Assembly: GCA_044892525.1 (NCBI GenBank)
Contig: CM097885.1
Location: 13,394,001-13,458,000, forward strand
Direction: 5' to 3'
DNA: 64,000 nucleotides
Source of the DNA: Schmidtea polychroa
Taxonomy: Eukaryota
The notes beneath the pieces are model-generated. The model worked only from the letters and a program-made list of their open reading frames with translations. It was not told the DNA's origin and did not search any database. Below, piece after piece: positions 12,201-27,835 of this stretch; positions within the stretch are counted from its first letter, which is position 1; each line of letters opens with the position of its first letter. Both the position numbers and the translations under genes were made by a program.

Positions 12201-15200
12201 TTTAGTTTAAAATAGTAAATTTAATAATAAATTGTTAATATTAAAGGACTTAAATAATAATTTAAAATATGAACTTATCATAATTACTCTGTCAAATACC
12301 CTTCACGGTTTCTTATGTAATAAAATATTCATTTGGGGATTAAATACTTTATTAAATAAAAGTTTATCACATTATTAAAATATTTTAATTCGTTAGTAGC
12401 TCATATAATAGAAATATTTTTATTTATATATCCTCATCACTTATAGCCGCCGACTCTCGATTTCCCACTAATTATTATCATTTATATTCTCCCGGCAAAT
12501 ATTTCTTTTAAAATTGTATTAAATATTTTTTATTAAAGTGAACGTTTTTTATGAATTTTTATGAAATTTATGAATTTTATGAAATAATTTTAAATAAATA
12601 CAATTAATATATATCCATGCCACTTCTCTGTATATTTTCATTGACCTTCCATAATCTAATAATGAATAATTCTAACACTTATTTTAACCCCTTTGAAGTT
12701 TATTATTAATTTATGACAGAATAATAAATAATTTCCTAACTTTAATGAAGATTCTTACCACCTGAGAATAATATTGTTAATTTATCTCTGTGTTATTAAA
12801 ATTATCTTTCGACTTTACGCTTCTTACCATTTTAGAATAAGATTTTTATCAAAATTTGTGTTAATTTGACTGATTTAATTTGATGGAGTTATTGTTAATT
12901 CGTTTTATTATATATACTCTGAGTTTATCCGACAAGATATTTTCTCCCTCTATGGGTACTGTTCACAATTGGTACTGCTCGTAAGGGTACTGGTCGTAAA
13001 GGTACTGGTGTGTTTTATTTAGGCAAATTTTTGGTTATTATTTAGCATTAAATTCATTGGTAATTTTTAGAGTTAGCGGGATTTTACTAACATTATTACT
13101 AACCTTTTTGTGAATAATTGAAAGAATATTTTGAAATTTAACGTTTTAGTGTTAATTCTAAGACAAATTTAATTAATTTCTTGATAATTTGCTATATTTT
13201 ATTGACTTGTTTTTAAATTTACTTTTAAATAAAAATATTTTTAATGACAGTTAGGTTAATAATTAGAGTTTTTACAATAATCAAGTTATTATTATTTAAT
13301 TTTTGTAAAAATTATTGTAAAATATACTGAAATTTGTGATTTTGAAAGATATATCACGTTATAATTGCTATATAATTAGCTGAATCGATGAAGAATTATG
13401 ATCAATCGATATATTTCATCTCTAGTTAGGTATTTGATGGTAAATGTGGTGAAATATTTGTAGAAAATATTGATTTTAGTAAATTTTGATTTTTTAATGG
13501 GCTCTTACTACATGAATTTAGATACTAAATTATTTCAATGGAAGGATGTCTGTAACAATTAAATAAAATTCATATTTTGAAGAATTTTCTATGGATTTTA
13601 AGAGAATTGATATATTAAAGGTCTGATATATTAAAGTCGGTTGGTTAAGATGGTAATAGATGATTTTTAAGGTGTTTAAAATGATAGAAATATTTGGTGA
13701 GGGATCGGTTAAGGTGGAAATTTTTGAAATCTCTATTTAAATCGACAATGTTCTTATTGGTAAATTTTAAAGGGAAATAGTCAGTATTTAGCTATGAATT
13801 AATAATAGTTCCTGTGAAATTATATCGTTTTAGAGGTTTATTAGGTTGTGATGAATGTTATTGCACAGTAATTTAGATTTATGTTTTAGAACCAGTTTTT
13901 TATTAATTATCCACTGTTTTATTAAGTCGTTTAGGGTTAATGATCAATTTACTTGGTTTTCACAATGAAATATTTGAAATCTTTAGAATTAATTGATATC
14001 AAAGGTTATTGCTTTAAATTATTTTACTTAAGAAGTTATTTTATTCATTGTGGGGACATCAGTGACAAAACTTGAGAAATATTGACTTAAAAGTTGGAAA
14101 TCGACAACAGCTAAAGAAAATTGATCTTTATTGAAGAAATTTTATGATTTTAATTAGAAATTAAATCGGTTGAATATCTATTGAAGGAATATTGTTATCG
14201 GATGGATAAATGATATTTTGCCAAATTACCTTTGCTAAATATTATTTTAAATGACTAAATTAACCAATATTCATAAATTTATCGTACAAAATATCCATGT
14301 TTTGGTTACTCAAACATCTTAAATTTCTCGCAAAGATATACTACGCCCAATGATCATATAATTAAATTAGAAAATAATTGTAACCCTATATGAATATATA
14401 TTTTTAACTAATAAGCCCCTTAATTGGATAAATGATAACCATATTTCTATTATGACTCCTTTAAATATTTTTGCCTCAAACAAATTTACTCCAAATGATA
14501 AAGAATTTAAAATTATCAATGAATAATGACCATGTTTTCTCATATTATTAACTATTGTAACGAACATTAGATGAATAAATTAATTTTTGCTTTAAATGAC
14601 TACAAAGTTAACCAATAAATTAGTCGCTCGACATAAGTGTAAAGTTACATTTAAAATATTCACGATCATCTCACTAAATTACCTAAGAATTTCTAAATGA
14701 TTAATATACCCTTGCGACATGTTGAATGTGACCAGTACCCTTGCTAGCAATACCCATAGGGGGACAGAATATTTTGTCGGATAAACTAGGAGTATATGGT
14801 CTTTATTGATATATCAAAATACTGTTATTTATAAATCAACTAAAAAATACTCAAAAATACTATATTATTTTACTGAATGATACCTTAAATGTTTTTAATA
14901 TACATATTTCTAAAATAAATCAACAGTTCAAACCAACAACATGTATGCAAGACCACCCATTGTTAATTTATTTCCAGTGTCACATCTTTCAAGAATGCCG
15001 TGAGTGTTTAAAGAAAGCTGAGCTAAAAGAAACTTTCCAGATAACAACTCTCCTGAATGTTTTGAACAAAAATGAGCGAAATTGAGAACAAACGATTAGA
15101 TGGCGATTAACTTCTGGCCACAACCCTAACAACATGAAAATTAAGATTTTAATTATTGAATTCGTTGTTTTCTGCATGGAAATACTAAGAGAATATTTTT

Positions 15201-17164
15201 TAATTCAAAAAATCTTCATTATAAATTTTTGAATTTAAAAAATTAAATGAAGGATATATAAGTGTACATAATATTATAATATTATATAAAATTATACTGT
15301 ATTTATTAATAAATTTAGAATACATAAAATTATAATATTATAATATTTTATAAATACTATATAATAATGTTTAAATATGCTTAAATAACTAAATTGTTTA
15401 AATATGTTTAAATACTAAATTTAAATTATTTAAATTTAAATTAATTAAATATAATTATGATATAACTTTATTTCTTTCGTTTTAGTATCCATAAAGTAAG
15501 TAAATAAAGAATTTACTACAATATTTTAATTATTTTACTTAGTAATGAAGAAATTGAATTATATGATTATGAAGAAGATGAGTCAGACAAAATGGTGAAA
15601 CACTAAAAGACTTATGTTCTGGATTTAGAGATTTCTTATTAAAACATGAATTATATGATTATGAAGAAGATGAACCAGACAAAATGGTGAAACACTAAAG
15701 GAGTTATAGTTTTTAGATTTAGAGATTTCTTATTAACACATGAATTATATGATTATGAGGAAGATGAACCAGATAAAATGGTGAAACACTAAAGGAGTTA
15801 TGTTCTGGATTTTTTAAATGAATTAGCTGATTGTAGGTGTCCTTCAACATGAATGTTTACTTATCAGACTTAAATTATGTAAACTTTCTTTCAACGAATG
15901 TCAAGAAAAATGGGAAAACCGATGTTTTAACAATTAGATATTGTAAAATATTCGTTACACCTGAAGAATATTATTAATAATGTAAGACATGAATTAATTC
16001 TTTAAAATAAATATATTATATTTAGGTATCTGTGTTTTATGTTGGGAAATGTCATTGAAAAAGTATACCACAAATAACAGTTGCCTAATAGTCAGGTAGA
16101 ATTTAATTTCTGACGATAAAATGATAAATAACATCTGTAAGTTAATTGCTTTTAAATTTTAGCAATGATAGTTGACACCGCATCAGAAACTAAGAAATAC
16201 GTCCAATTTGCAAGATGTATTCCAAATGGCCTGATGGAGATGATAATTTTGAGATAGATTACCAGCAGAAGAGCGAGAAAAATTTGTAAATTAAATATAA
16301 TAGGGTTGGGTGGGTCCTCTTTATCCCTTAATTAATATATATTTACAAGCTGATCGTCGTGGTGGGCGGTTGTAATCTAACTAGTGGGAGGCCTCTGTAA
16401 ATATATATTTGTGTTAGTGAAAACATTAATTAATTTGGTTATAGTGCCAATGACGCATGTATTTTGAAATTATACGTTTCGAATGTGCTGGTAGTTGACT
16501 ACCCATGCTAGGCGTAATGTTCCGTACGGAAAGCTATAATGCCCAGGTTCTTCTGACCCCACTTGGGGGAGGCACAGACGACCCTTGTGGACGCGAACAA
16601 ATATCCACCGTGTCTTTCAGGCACAGATATTTGGTCACTGCTCATTAGGCCTGGCAATACTAAATGCATAAACTTTGCCTTGTCCTCTCTTGTCTTGATT
16701 TTTATCGTTTAAATATTATTAAAAATAGTAGGTGTTATAAGTTTTATTTACTAACCTTAATAAACCATAATATGCTTTAAACTCGAAAACCCTTGCGACA
16801 TGTTGAGTGTGACTAGTACCCATATGAGCAATACCCATAGGGGGACAGAATATTTTGTCGGATAGACTAGGAGTATATACACCCATGTTAAACAAGGTAT
16901 GTGTATATAGAATGTGTGTGTGTAAAATTATTGTCAACTTCGTGTAAAGGCAAACACAGAATATTGCAAACATATAATAATTCTCTACCCCATAACTTAG
17001 GGTGTAAATAATATTTTATGTTTTTGACTAATTATAATAATAATAATAAAGTTTAATGGGTTGTATAAAAAATATTTAGGTTTTCACTAATATTGATAAT
17101 AATAATTGTTAATGGGTTGTGTGTGTATGTGTAAAAATATTTTATGTTTTTGACTAATATTTGC

Positions 17165-17213
<49 letters not shown>

Positions 17214-17836
17214 TGAAATTGTATTTGAAAATAATTTGCGACATGTTGAATGTGAGTAGTACCCTTGTGAGCAATACCCATAGGGGGACAGAATATCTTG
17301 TCGGATAAACTCGGAGTATATATAATAATAATCATAATAATAATATTAATAATAATAATATTGATTAAAACTTTGAAAATAATTCTTTGAAAATAATACT
17401 TTGAACAATATTTGATGAAAAAGTTCCTGAAATAATCATGAAAATGTTGAAAATCGTGAAAATATTGAAAATGTAGAAAATTATGAAAAAATTGATAATT
17501 ATTAAAAAATGCAAATGATGAAAATGTTGAAAATCCTGAAATTGACGTAGAAATTAAGTTTTATGAATATGTAAGTAAATAATAATAATGAAACTTCTAA
17601 AAAAAAATAATAATTAGAACTTTGCAAATAATAATAATAATTCTTTGAAAATAACTTTGAAAATATTAATAATAATAATAAGATGAAAAACTTTCAAAAT
17701 AACTGTAAAAATAATAATTTAATAATAATTAGGAAATATTGAAAAATATTGAAAAATATTAAAATATTCATGCAAGTGATGAAAATGTTGAAAATCATGA
17801 AAGTGATGTAGAAATTAAGTTTTATGAATAATTGCA

Positions 17837-17905
<69 letters not shown>

Positions 17906-19533
17906 TTTGAAAATAACATCTTCCACACGGGCGTTAATATTTTAAAAGAAAATATTGAAAATTAAAAAATAATAATATGTAATCAACGATTTAAACAAAT
18001 TATATTATTACGTATTCGATAATTAAAACAAAAAATTATATAATCAATGATTTAAACAAATTATATAATCAACGATTTAAACAAAATTAAATTATTATGT
18101 AATCGATAATTAAAACAAAATTATTAGTTCTAAAAATATTAGGCTTCGATTACGTAATAGTTCTAAAATATGTGGCATCGTTCTAAAAATATTAGTTCTA
18201 AAAATATGATGAGTCATCGTATGAGTCATCGTTCTAAAAATGTGATGAGTCATTGTATGAGTCATCGTTCTAAAAATATTAGGCATCGTTCTAAAAGTAA
18301 GACGTAATCATTCTAAAAATAAGAGGCATCGTTCTAAAAATATTAGGCATCGTTCTAAAAATATTTGGCATCGTTCTAAAATTATGACGTAATCATTCTA
18401 AAAATATTAGGCATCATTCTAAAAATAATAGGCATCGTTCTAAAAATATTAGGCATCGTTCTAAAAATATTAGGCATCATTCTAAAATTATGACGTAATC
18501 ATTCTAAAAATATTAGGCATCATTCTAAAAATAATAGGCATCGTTCTAAAAATATTAGGCATCGTTCTAAAAATATTAGGCATCGTTCTAAAAATATTAG
18601 GCATCGTTCTAAAAATATTAGGCATCATTCTAAAATTATGACGTAATCATTCTAAAAATATTAGGCATCATTCTAAAAATATTAGGCATCGTTCTAAAAA
18701 TATTAGGCATCGTTCTAAAATTATGACGTAATCATTCTAAAAATATTATGCATCGTTCTAAAATTATGACGTAATCATTCTAAAAATATTAGGCATCGTT
18801 CTAAAAATAATAGGTACCATTCTAAAAATAATAGGCATCGTTGAGTGAGTCATTCTCTTTGTTAATATTAATGATGATGATACCTTCAATAGCTCATTTG
18901 AAAGGTCTTGGACTATGCTTTAAGATGAGGTATCGTCCAATAAAATCTGTTGGTGGGAACATTAATTTTTGGGATGAAAAAAAGTAGGTCACCGCTGGGC
19001 CAATTAATAATATTTTGAATAATAATAATAATTTAACGTTGAAAAGATGATGGTCATCAATTGTTAATAACATTAAAACTATTAAAGATATATAAAATAC
19101 CTATAGCTCATTCGAAAGGTCTTGGACTGAGGTTTAAGATGAGGTATCGTTCAATAAAATCTGTTGGTGGGAACATTAATTTTTGGGAAGAAAAAAAGTA
19201 GGTCACCGCCCGGCCAATTAATTTAAAAAAATTACGTAATAGTTCTAAAAATATTAGGCATCGTTCTAAAAATATTAGGCATTGATTACGTAATAGTTCT
19301 AAAAATATGTGGCATCGTTCTAAAAATTTTTTTTCCCGGGGGGGGGGGGGGGGGGAGGGGGTATATGTGTCGCGGGAGCTCATGTTCTGGGGAGCTCACA
19401 TCATACTACTAACATAGTCGAAATTTTAAGATCGAATTTTTTGTAAAAGCATAATATGCTTCTCTAATTTCGGGGTCCTAAAAATTGGGGACCCCGGCTT
19501 TAGCCCGATCAGCCCCCCCTTAATCCGCTACAG

Positions 19534-19580
19534 GGTTGACGATATGGTTTTATGTTTATCTGTTCACCTCTTCTTTCTTT
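19534..19580 (-). pseudogene. Upstream continuation of the split Gypsy RT
   Basis: Reverse complement encodes GEQINIKPYRQP, contiguous with 3260. Confidence 0.8.
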
Positions 19581-20199
19581 TAAATACTTTTTCGATAAAA
19601 ATATTTTTAAAATTTAACAAAATTTCTAATTAAAACCTTTAGAATCTTTCATCTTCCTCATAATTATTATTGGAATTTTCTTGATTAATGAAAAATTTAA
19701 AATTTGTAAATAATGAAAGAAACGTTACAAACCAAAACGGCTGATCCAAAGATTAGGCCAAAGCAAGAACTTTGAGAGTTTAAAAAATAGCCATTTTATT
19801 TCCTTTATTGCCTAATAATATGTCAAGATTGTAGTTTAAAAATCAGAGGTTATTTATGATGTTTGATGGTGGGTGTTTGAATGTTGGTATGTGTGCATGT
19901 TTGCAGCTATTCTGTGTCAATATTACACAATGAAGAGCTTTATATTTTTGATACAACCCTATTTAATAGCATAATGAAGTATTTTAATATCACAACGTTT
20001 CTCCTGATTTTGCAAAACTATTCACCAATACATAGATGCTTAATTCGCTCAAGATGAAAAGTTTTTTTATCCTTAAAAATAAATTGACTCCGTTTCATCT
20101 ATTAAGTAGTAGGATGTGTGCCTGCCATATAATTTTGTAACATGCTGTAACCCTGCTGTTATAATTTTGTAACATGTAAGAATTTACCTTTAATCTCTA

Positions 20200-22200
20200 A
20201 GATGCTCATATTTTGTTAAGTTGTTGATTGTCAGCGATTTCAGAAGTAGATACAGACTCAATAGAACAACAACGATGACGGCCACCTCATTAAAACGAAA
20301 TATTAATATTATTTAATTGTGAGTCTGATTAGGTAATTATGAGGGTTATGTAGAATATTATATTACATAACTACTCGTCGGAGGACTATGTAATACACAC
20401 AGGGGCCCCTTGTTTAAGTAAGCTCATAGTATGCTACTAGGACACTTTATATCAACCAAAAGAATGTGTTTTCTCTCATTATCAGTGATTAATATGTCGA
20501 CTCATTGCTTGGTTTCCGGCCCTAAGGAACATATGTGACCAAAACCCCAATGAGGAATAGATCATTCAAACAGTCATATATTTTATTTACGTATTCAATG
20601 TAATGTTCAAGAGCAAGAGTTTTATGAGTTTTACAAGTATGCAGAGCATGTGACATTGTTTCCTCTTTACAATGGCATCTTCTACATAATCTATTTTCCC
20701 CTTTCCACATTTTCCCGTTAATACTGATCATGTATTAGTTTGAGGTCTATGTATAAAATTACACGCAAAATTAATTTATACTAATTTGCCTATTTCCCGT
20801 CTCATCAAATAAGCAATATAGAGAGCTAAATGTAAAATTCTAGAGATGGATTGGGGAAATTCTTTAATCAGAACAGACGTTCCACCTGATCTAGTCATTA
20901 TATGTAGCCGTGGCTGACTATCAACGACTTGAAAAAATAGTTTGATAATGTGATTCTTTTCGAAAAATTTAATTACTGTTCAAGCTTTGGTAAAAAGCGT
21001 TATTTTGCTAGTATCATCTGACATACCTTCACACTCATTTATCCTTGAAGCGATGGCTTTTCTCCCAAATTTTGGCTGATTACAAATTTGAAAGAATCAA
21101 GGTTTATCTTTCTGGTATAGTCAGACATTAAGGTAAAAACGCCGAAAGAAGTGTGTCATAGTCTGTGTATGGTACTCATCATAAAGCCCAGTACACCTGG
21201 TTTATAAAATTAACTTATTTCAGAATTCTGAGGCAAATTTAATATTTTTCTCAAGTGAATACGTAGTCTTCTTGGAGTGGAAGTAGCATTAGTCTTGATC
21301 TCTCTTGTTTTAAATGGAAAAATTAGACGAGAGTGTAAAAAGAATTTAAATGCTTTAATATTTTGTCAACCGAGCAGCTCAGAATCAGCAAGTTTCTTAA
21401 TTGCACAAATGACCTTATTTAAAATCTCACAAAGGCCCTGATTAAGTTCTTCACCAACCAGGACATCAAGATAGTGGTAAACTTTCTAGGAGACTGATTT
21501 TTAATCATGAATCTATCCACAAAGGCTTTACTGCCAATATGTATGTTTGGAACCTTCTCTGAATCGTATTTAAAACCTATCTCAGCGATAGTTTCAACAG
21601 TTCTGTTTGTAATTATTTGCCAGTCAGACGCGTTCAATCAATGCAATATAGCCAGAGTAAGAAAGTATCTGTATATGTGAATCGTCAATCTTAAAAGGAG
21701 CTATATCAGATTTACTTAGTGCTACCAAAACAGGAAATAAATAAAATCATCGAGAGAGGCCATTCTAGCTTGGTACCTTATTTGATTGGAAAATTCGGTG
21801 TAAGAACCGAACCACAGCTGTGTAAATATCTGTGTAAATCGAAGGTTATGCAACTTATTGGTGTATAAAGTGGTGTGAAAGCTTTGTAAACCTATTAGCC
21901 CTTCTTTCCCATATAACGAACAACCTGATAACTCAAAACAATTTGTTCATAGTTGAAAAGGTTACTTTAAAACAATTCAAAGATATTCGCTATATCATTG
22001 ATATTATTCCTATTATTCTGTTAAACTTAACCTTAGTTATATCTTTGGCTCTCATTCTGATTGCGTCAATCAAAGACTAATGAGAATCGGGAAAAGTTGA
22101 CCAATTATCTGAAAAGCTTCATTTAAAAAACAAAAATTCACTTCCAAAGTACACAAGACATTTCTCCTCGTCCTTTCTTCTAAGGATCTGATTTATTACT
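20200..22200 (-). mobile_element. Decayed non-LTR retrotransposon with restriction-like endonuclease (R2/NeSL-type group)
   Basis: CRRCHCKEETMSHALHTC CCHC knuckle followed by VDILI...LLVDIKCP (PD-(D/E)xK-like); degenerate RT-like sequence upstream. Boundaries approximate. Confidence 0.72.
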
Positions 22201-22449
22201 AGTAGATGGATTGGGCACCGCTGGGTCAAGTAACCCTCTCCTAATGAGGATTTTTCCCAAAAAAATTCCTAGTATTTTTATGTAGGTCATCAAAAGGTTT
22301 TGTGTAGGTCAAATACTTTTTTTCATTTTTTTCGATTTTCAATCTATTTTCACGAAGTTTTTTCAGAGTTAAACTATATAGTATTTATTTGATCCAGCGG
22401 TGGCCTGTTTTATAGTTGATTTAATTAAACTATATAGACTGTGTGCATT

Positions 22450-23828
<1,379 letters not shown>

Positions 23829-25479
23829 TCTAGTTATTGTAAATAGAAACGCCAAATGAAACGGAGAGTCAGTTCCGGAGATATGTTATGTAGGAATATT
23901 GCTGTAGAAATGGATGTCCTATCTCGGTTGATACATCTGCTCGAACGCTGTTGGGCAATTTCATACTGGTTGAATGACTCTCCCAGCTCTATTCTGACCT
24001 ATGAAAGTTAAATTAATATAGTTATTTGTACGAGATTGTTATATATGGAATTTCCCAGTGAATTGCGCCCAATAATTGATATCTTGATGGGCCGATCTCG
24101 GTTTGTGGAATAATTCATTTGATTACAAGGTAGATAAAATTTGTTTATTTCAATTCTGATAATTTTAATTAACTTGCAAATTTATTGACTCAGTTTAATG
24201 TTTAACATTTTTCAATATAGGAAATTAAATATAATTTTTATTTATTTCTTTTAATTCCAATCAGACTTTTCTTGAATTAAAAGTGAGAATAATGATTATT
24301 TAGCATTGATTTAAACAATAAAATCACCGTAAAATACCACTATAAAGTTTCATTGTATATTTAAAATAAATTTAAAAATTATTAATATAAAATTTTCATG
24401 ATTATTTTTTTCTGAAATTGAATATTATAGAGTAAAATATCACTCAAAAATAAAAAATGGACACAGGCAGAAGGTATATGGACCTTACTAAAATATTTTA
24501 TGAATAATTTTCTATATTTTAAGTATTTCCAGGTTATTATAACTTAATTTTTCACTTTTTTAAATTCTTTTTTAAATAAAATATTATTTATTTATTTATT
24601 AATTTTATTTAGATTAAAATAATAAGATGTCAGTAAATATATATTTTGCAGTTGAAAATTAATAAATTATCTTTAATAAAGTTTTATTTTATTTAAAAAT
24701 AATAAAAGTGTCTTTACCTTTATTTTTAGTGAAATTATTATTATTTACTTAACACTAATTTCCTTCATATCCTTTATCAAGTGTTTATTAACGAATCTTA
24801 ATTTATTATTTACAATAAAATCAAAAATTTTAATATTTAAAAATAATATATTTTATCCAAGACTCGTAGTTATTACCCAATAATTCGTGTTATATAAACA
24901 ATAATATTGTTATAAAATCTAAAGGAAAAACGAAAAATAAATCATTGTAAAAAGAATAAAAAAAATTTATTTTAAAATAATTAAATTAAATATTACTGCT
25001 TTGTTCAAATAATAATAAAATTTTAAAGTTTTAATAAATTTTTTTTCATTTATTCCAATGCATTTATCCTAAATTTAAATACAAGTACAAATATCGAAAA
25101 ATTGATGGCGGCAAACAAACGAAATATACTTCAAGGAAATTATCCCTATCAACAGTCTAGCATTATAATGTGTGTCAAACTTTATATACGGAAACAATGA
25201 TAACGTAATAGTTATGATTCAATGAGTAAATTAAATAAGCTCAATAAATTCGTTGCTGATTAAATTGTAAGGGATTGTAATTTAATCACTAATGCTTCAC
25301 GAATAATTTTTTTCAACTTATTATTAAAGATTTTATAAAAAATTTTAAGATATTTTAAGTCAGGTGCCCCTTTACACATTTTTCTATGCTTAGTAATATT
25401 ACTGACACCTTTCAATCGGATATGTTCTTGAACACGTCTGCGGAGATGACGGAAAGTTTTCAGTCTTATTTTTAAATGT

Positions 25480-25680
25480 ATTGAGTCCTTTTGTACTGTG
25501 TACTTGAATATTAACTATAGGATTTAAAGATCTAATTAGCAACGCCCCACACGTTACTCATTCCGGATTCGATCTTTAAATCCTATGATTAATTTGCAAG
25601 ACTAAAGAAGACTGTTAAACGTCGAAATATATAGCTATGTTATCTTTTAATATAGTTAGCGATTTTCAATCATTATTATT
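25480..25680. mobile_element. Short Penelope-like fold-back remnant with a mutated hammerhead (25602-25636)
   Basis: ATAGGATTTAAAGATC / GATCTTTAAATCCTAT inverted pair homologous to about 23060-23095; CTAAAGAAGACTGTTAAACGTCGAAATATATAGC. Confidence 0.6.
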
Positions 25681-25962
25681 ATTATTATTATGAAAATAAA
25701 GAATCAATATAAGCTTTTTTTGTGATACCTATTGTAGGTTCCAATAACAGGTTGAACTTTTGGCTCTCTTCAGTGTTTATAATTTTGAAAAGAAAACTCT
25801 AAAAGTAATCGGATGCACTTGTAAACAGTTTCTGTGTATCGACTAATGTTTTAGTCCGCAGAGGTGATTATAATTTTTCATAAGCCATGTTTACAAGTTT
25901 ACAAATTTTTCTGTGACCAAGTTAATTTGCAAGTGATGTGATTTCTAGTGTACCAGGAAAAG

Positions 25963-26103
25963 TATGCAATAGAGTTGAATAAGCAATATTGTATACTTAC
26001 CTGGCGCGAAGAGAAATTTCTGCGTCTCCTACATAGTACTAATGAGAGCCAAAAACTCGAAACTAGTCTACTATTGGGATTTGCACTGGGCATCACAAAG
26101 CTT
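25963..26103 (+). repeat. U1-5'-motif / hairpin / hammerhead repeat, copy A (core mutated)
   Basis: ATACTTACCTGGC at 25993; ATAGTA-CTAATGA-GAGCCAAAAACTC-GAAA-CTAG-TC-TACTAT at 26033-26074; homologous to 48970-49110. Confidence 0.85.
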
Positions 26104-26162
26104 ATACTGTTTATTTTATTCAAGTGAGACATCCGACAAAAAAATGTTACACCATTACTTTA

Positions 26163-26198
<36 letters not shown>

Positions 26199-26259
26199 CA
26201 TTATTATTATTAAAATATTATAGTTATGTTTAAAATTATTAATTTCCACCATACCTTAG

Positions 26260-26401
26260 CTCAATTTCCTTGAAATGATAGAAACAAAAATGACATCTCA
26301 TTCCAATTTCACTGTTTCAACCACCCCTGGTAAAACCGCTACAGATACTGCAAAAGAGAAATTCCAGGAAATAATTACATTTTTGTCGAAAAAAATGAAA
26401 G
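26260..26401 (+). CDS. Syt1: Synaptotagmin-1-like, first visible coding exon (luminal N-terminus; ATG at 26275)
   Basis: MIETKMTSHSNFTVSTTPGKTATDTAKEKFQEIITFLSKKMK with an NFT sequon; phase-1 donor G|GTAATT joins the next exon to give V-PPW. Confidence 0.75.
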
Positions 26402-27835
26402 GTAATTTGAGTTTTTGATATTTAGTAAAAATGGAATTTATCATTTTCGGTAAAAAAACAAAATATCAAATTTTATATATTTCTCTTACAAAATTCGTCG
26501 ACCAAAATAATTCTATTAATCACTAATAATTCAAATTTAATTTTAATTAATTTCAAATAAAAATTAAGTTAAATAAAATTTTTTCAACTTATAAATCAGA
26601 AACTCATGAAACCCAGTAATGTCGTGACTGAACGTTTCCGGTTCATTTGTTTCAAATGGAGTCTCCTCTCACAGCATATTTATGTGATAACTCGGAGGAG
26701 AAGTGATAATTGTTTTATTGAAGTAATGAATGCATGAAAACTAAAGCAAATCGGAACAGAGAAGGAATCAAGAGCTCTACAAATTTCAATTAATCAGAGA
26801 TTTGATTGTTATAAAATATTTTGGGATTTTGTTGTGGTTTCTAATTTCGGATTAATGATTAATTTATAATTCTGTGAAATCTCTATTATTTTTCTCATTA
26901 GTTTATTCCAATTTATTGATATTAAATTTCACAATTAAGTTTTTCATCTTTCTGATATTGACTATCACCTCTGATCCAGTAACATTCATCCACAGTCAAT
27001 ACATAAACAGATTTCAATAAATTATAGGGATTATCCATGAAAACTTTGTTATTTGATTAAATTAATGATTCAAAAATTCAAAAACATTTTCAAAAAAATT
27101 TCAAAATCAATTTTAAAATTTTATTCTGACAAAACAAATACGAAATCATTATTTAAACAAATTTAAGCATAAAGTTAATTTAATTTTCCAAAAATAGCAG
27201 ACAGCCAATAAAAACTTCTACAAACATTATAATATTAAAACAATATTTTTTTGCAGAAAAATTTGCTGATTTTATATATTAGATTTTAATGATTAGAATA
27301 ATCGTTTCTCGCATTTGGCAAACAAGATTTTGAAATCTTTCTCATCATTACACAAGATAAAATAATTTTATTGAGCAGTGAATTTATTAGATTTTATTAA
27401 ATGCACAATTGCTCGTTTTTTCGGATAAATGAGAAATAAAAACATAATCAAAAATATTCAATGCGGAATTTTCTGCAATAATAATGAGTTTCCTTCCTTT
27501 TCTTTCTATCTTTATATCAGGCAGTGAAACATTTAGTTTTAACATTCCTTTCTTCAGTTGCAGGAATAAATCCTGGAATTGTTTATCTATATATCTTTAG
27601 GAATCTCTGTAGCTTTTGGAGGACCACGTTTTGTGATCCCAAATTCAGAACGATATCCTTTAATAATTGCTTATGAAAATATTAATAGTTCTTTTATTTT
27701 ATCTTATTTTCTCCATTTTTTGAATGAGAACAAAATCATTAAATTTCAAAATATATATAAGAAATGAAAACATATGTTTCATATTATTTCTCGTCTTTTT
27801 CATTTACTGTCGATTCATGGTGATATGATTTAACT

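Larger units (their letters stand above)
5385..19410. mobile_element. Non-autonomous Maverick/Polinton-like element, nearly fully palindromic
   Basis: Begins AGTAGTATGATGTGAGCTCCCC and ends GGGGAGCTCACATCATACTACT; AACATA flanks both ends (5379-5384, 19411-19416). Arms are 5385-12023 and 12728-19410; ORF-track entries are mirrored between them. Confidence 0.88.
3261..19533 (-). mobile_element. hAT DNA transposon (internally deleted), hosting the 14-kb palindromic insert
   Basis: Imperfect TIRs sharing CGGATTAAG/CTTAATCCG; GGTTGAC duplicated at 3254-3260 and 19534-19540. Removing the element restores the Gypsy frame INIKPYRQPLNLKTKIEE. Confidence 0.85.

Noticed and set aside
5412..19383. Mirrored small ORFs in the palindrome arms as genes
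   Set aside because: They derive from repeats or are antisense to more coding-like strands, and show no recognisable domains.
5385..19410. Palindrome as a pure assembly artefact
   Set aside because: Matching TSD, continuous hAT and Gypsy flanks, a unique spacer and arm-specific substitutions argue against it; read-level confirmation is still needed.
25993..26103. A genuine U1 snRNA gene
   Set aside because: Only the first ~13 nt match; no U1-70K loop (GATCACGAAG) or U1-like body follows, and a hammerhead follows instead.
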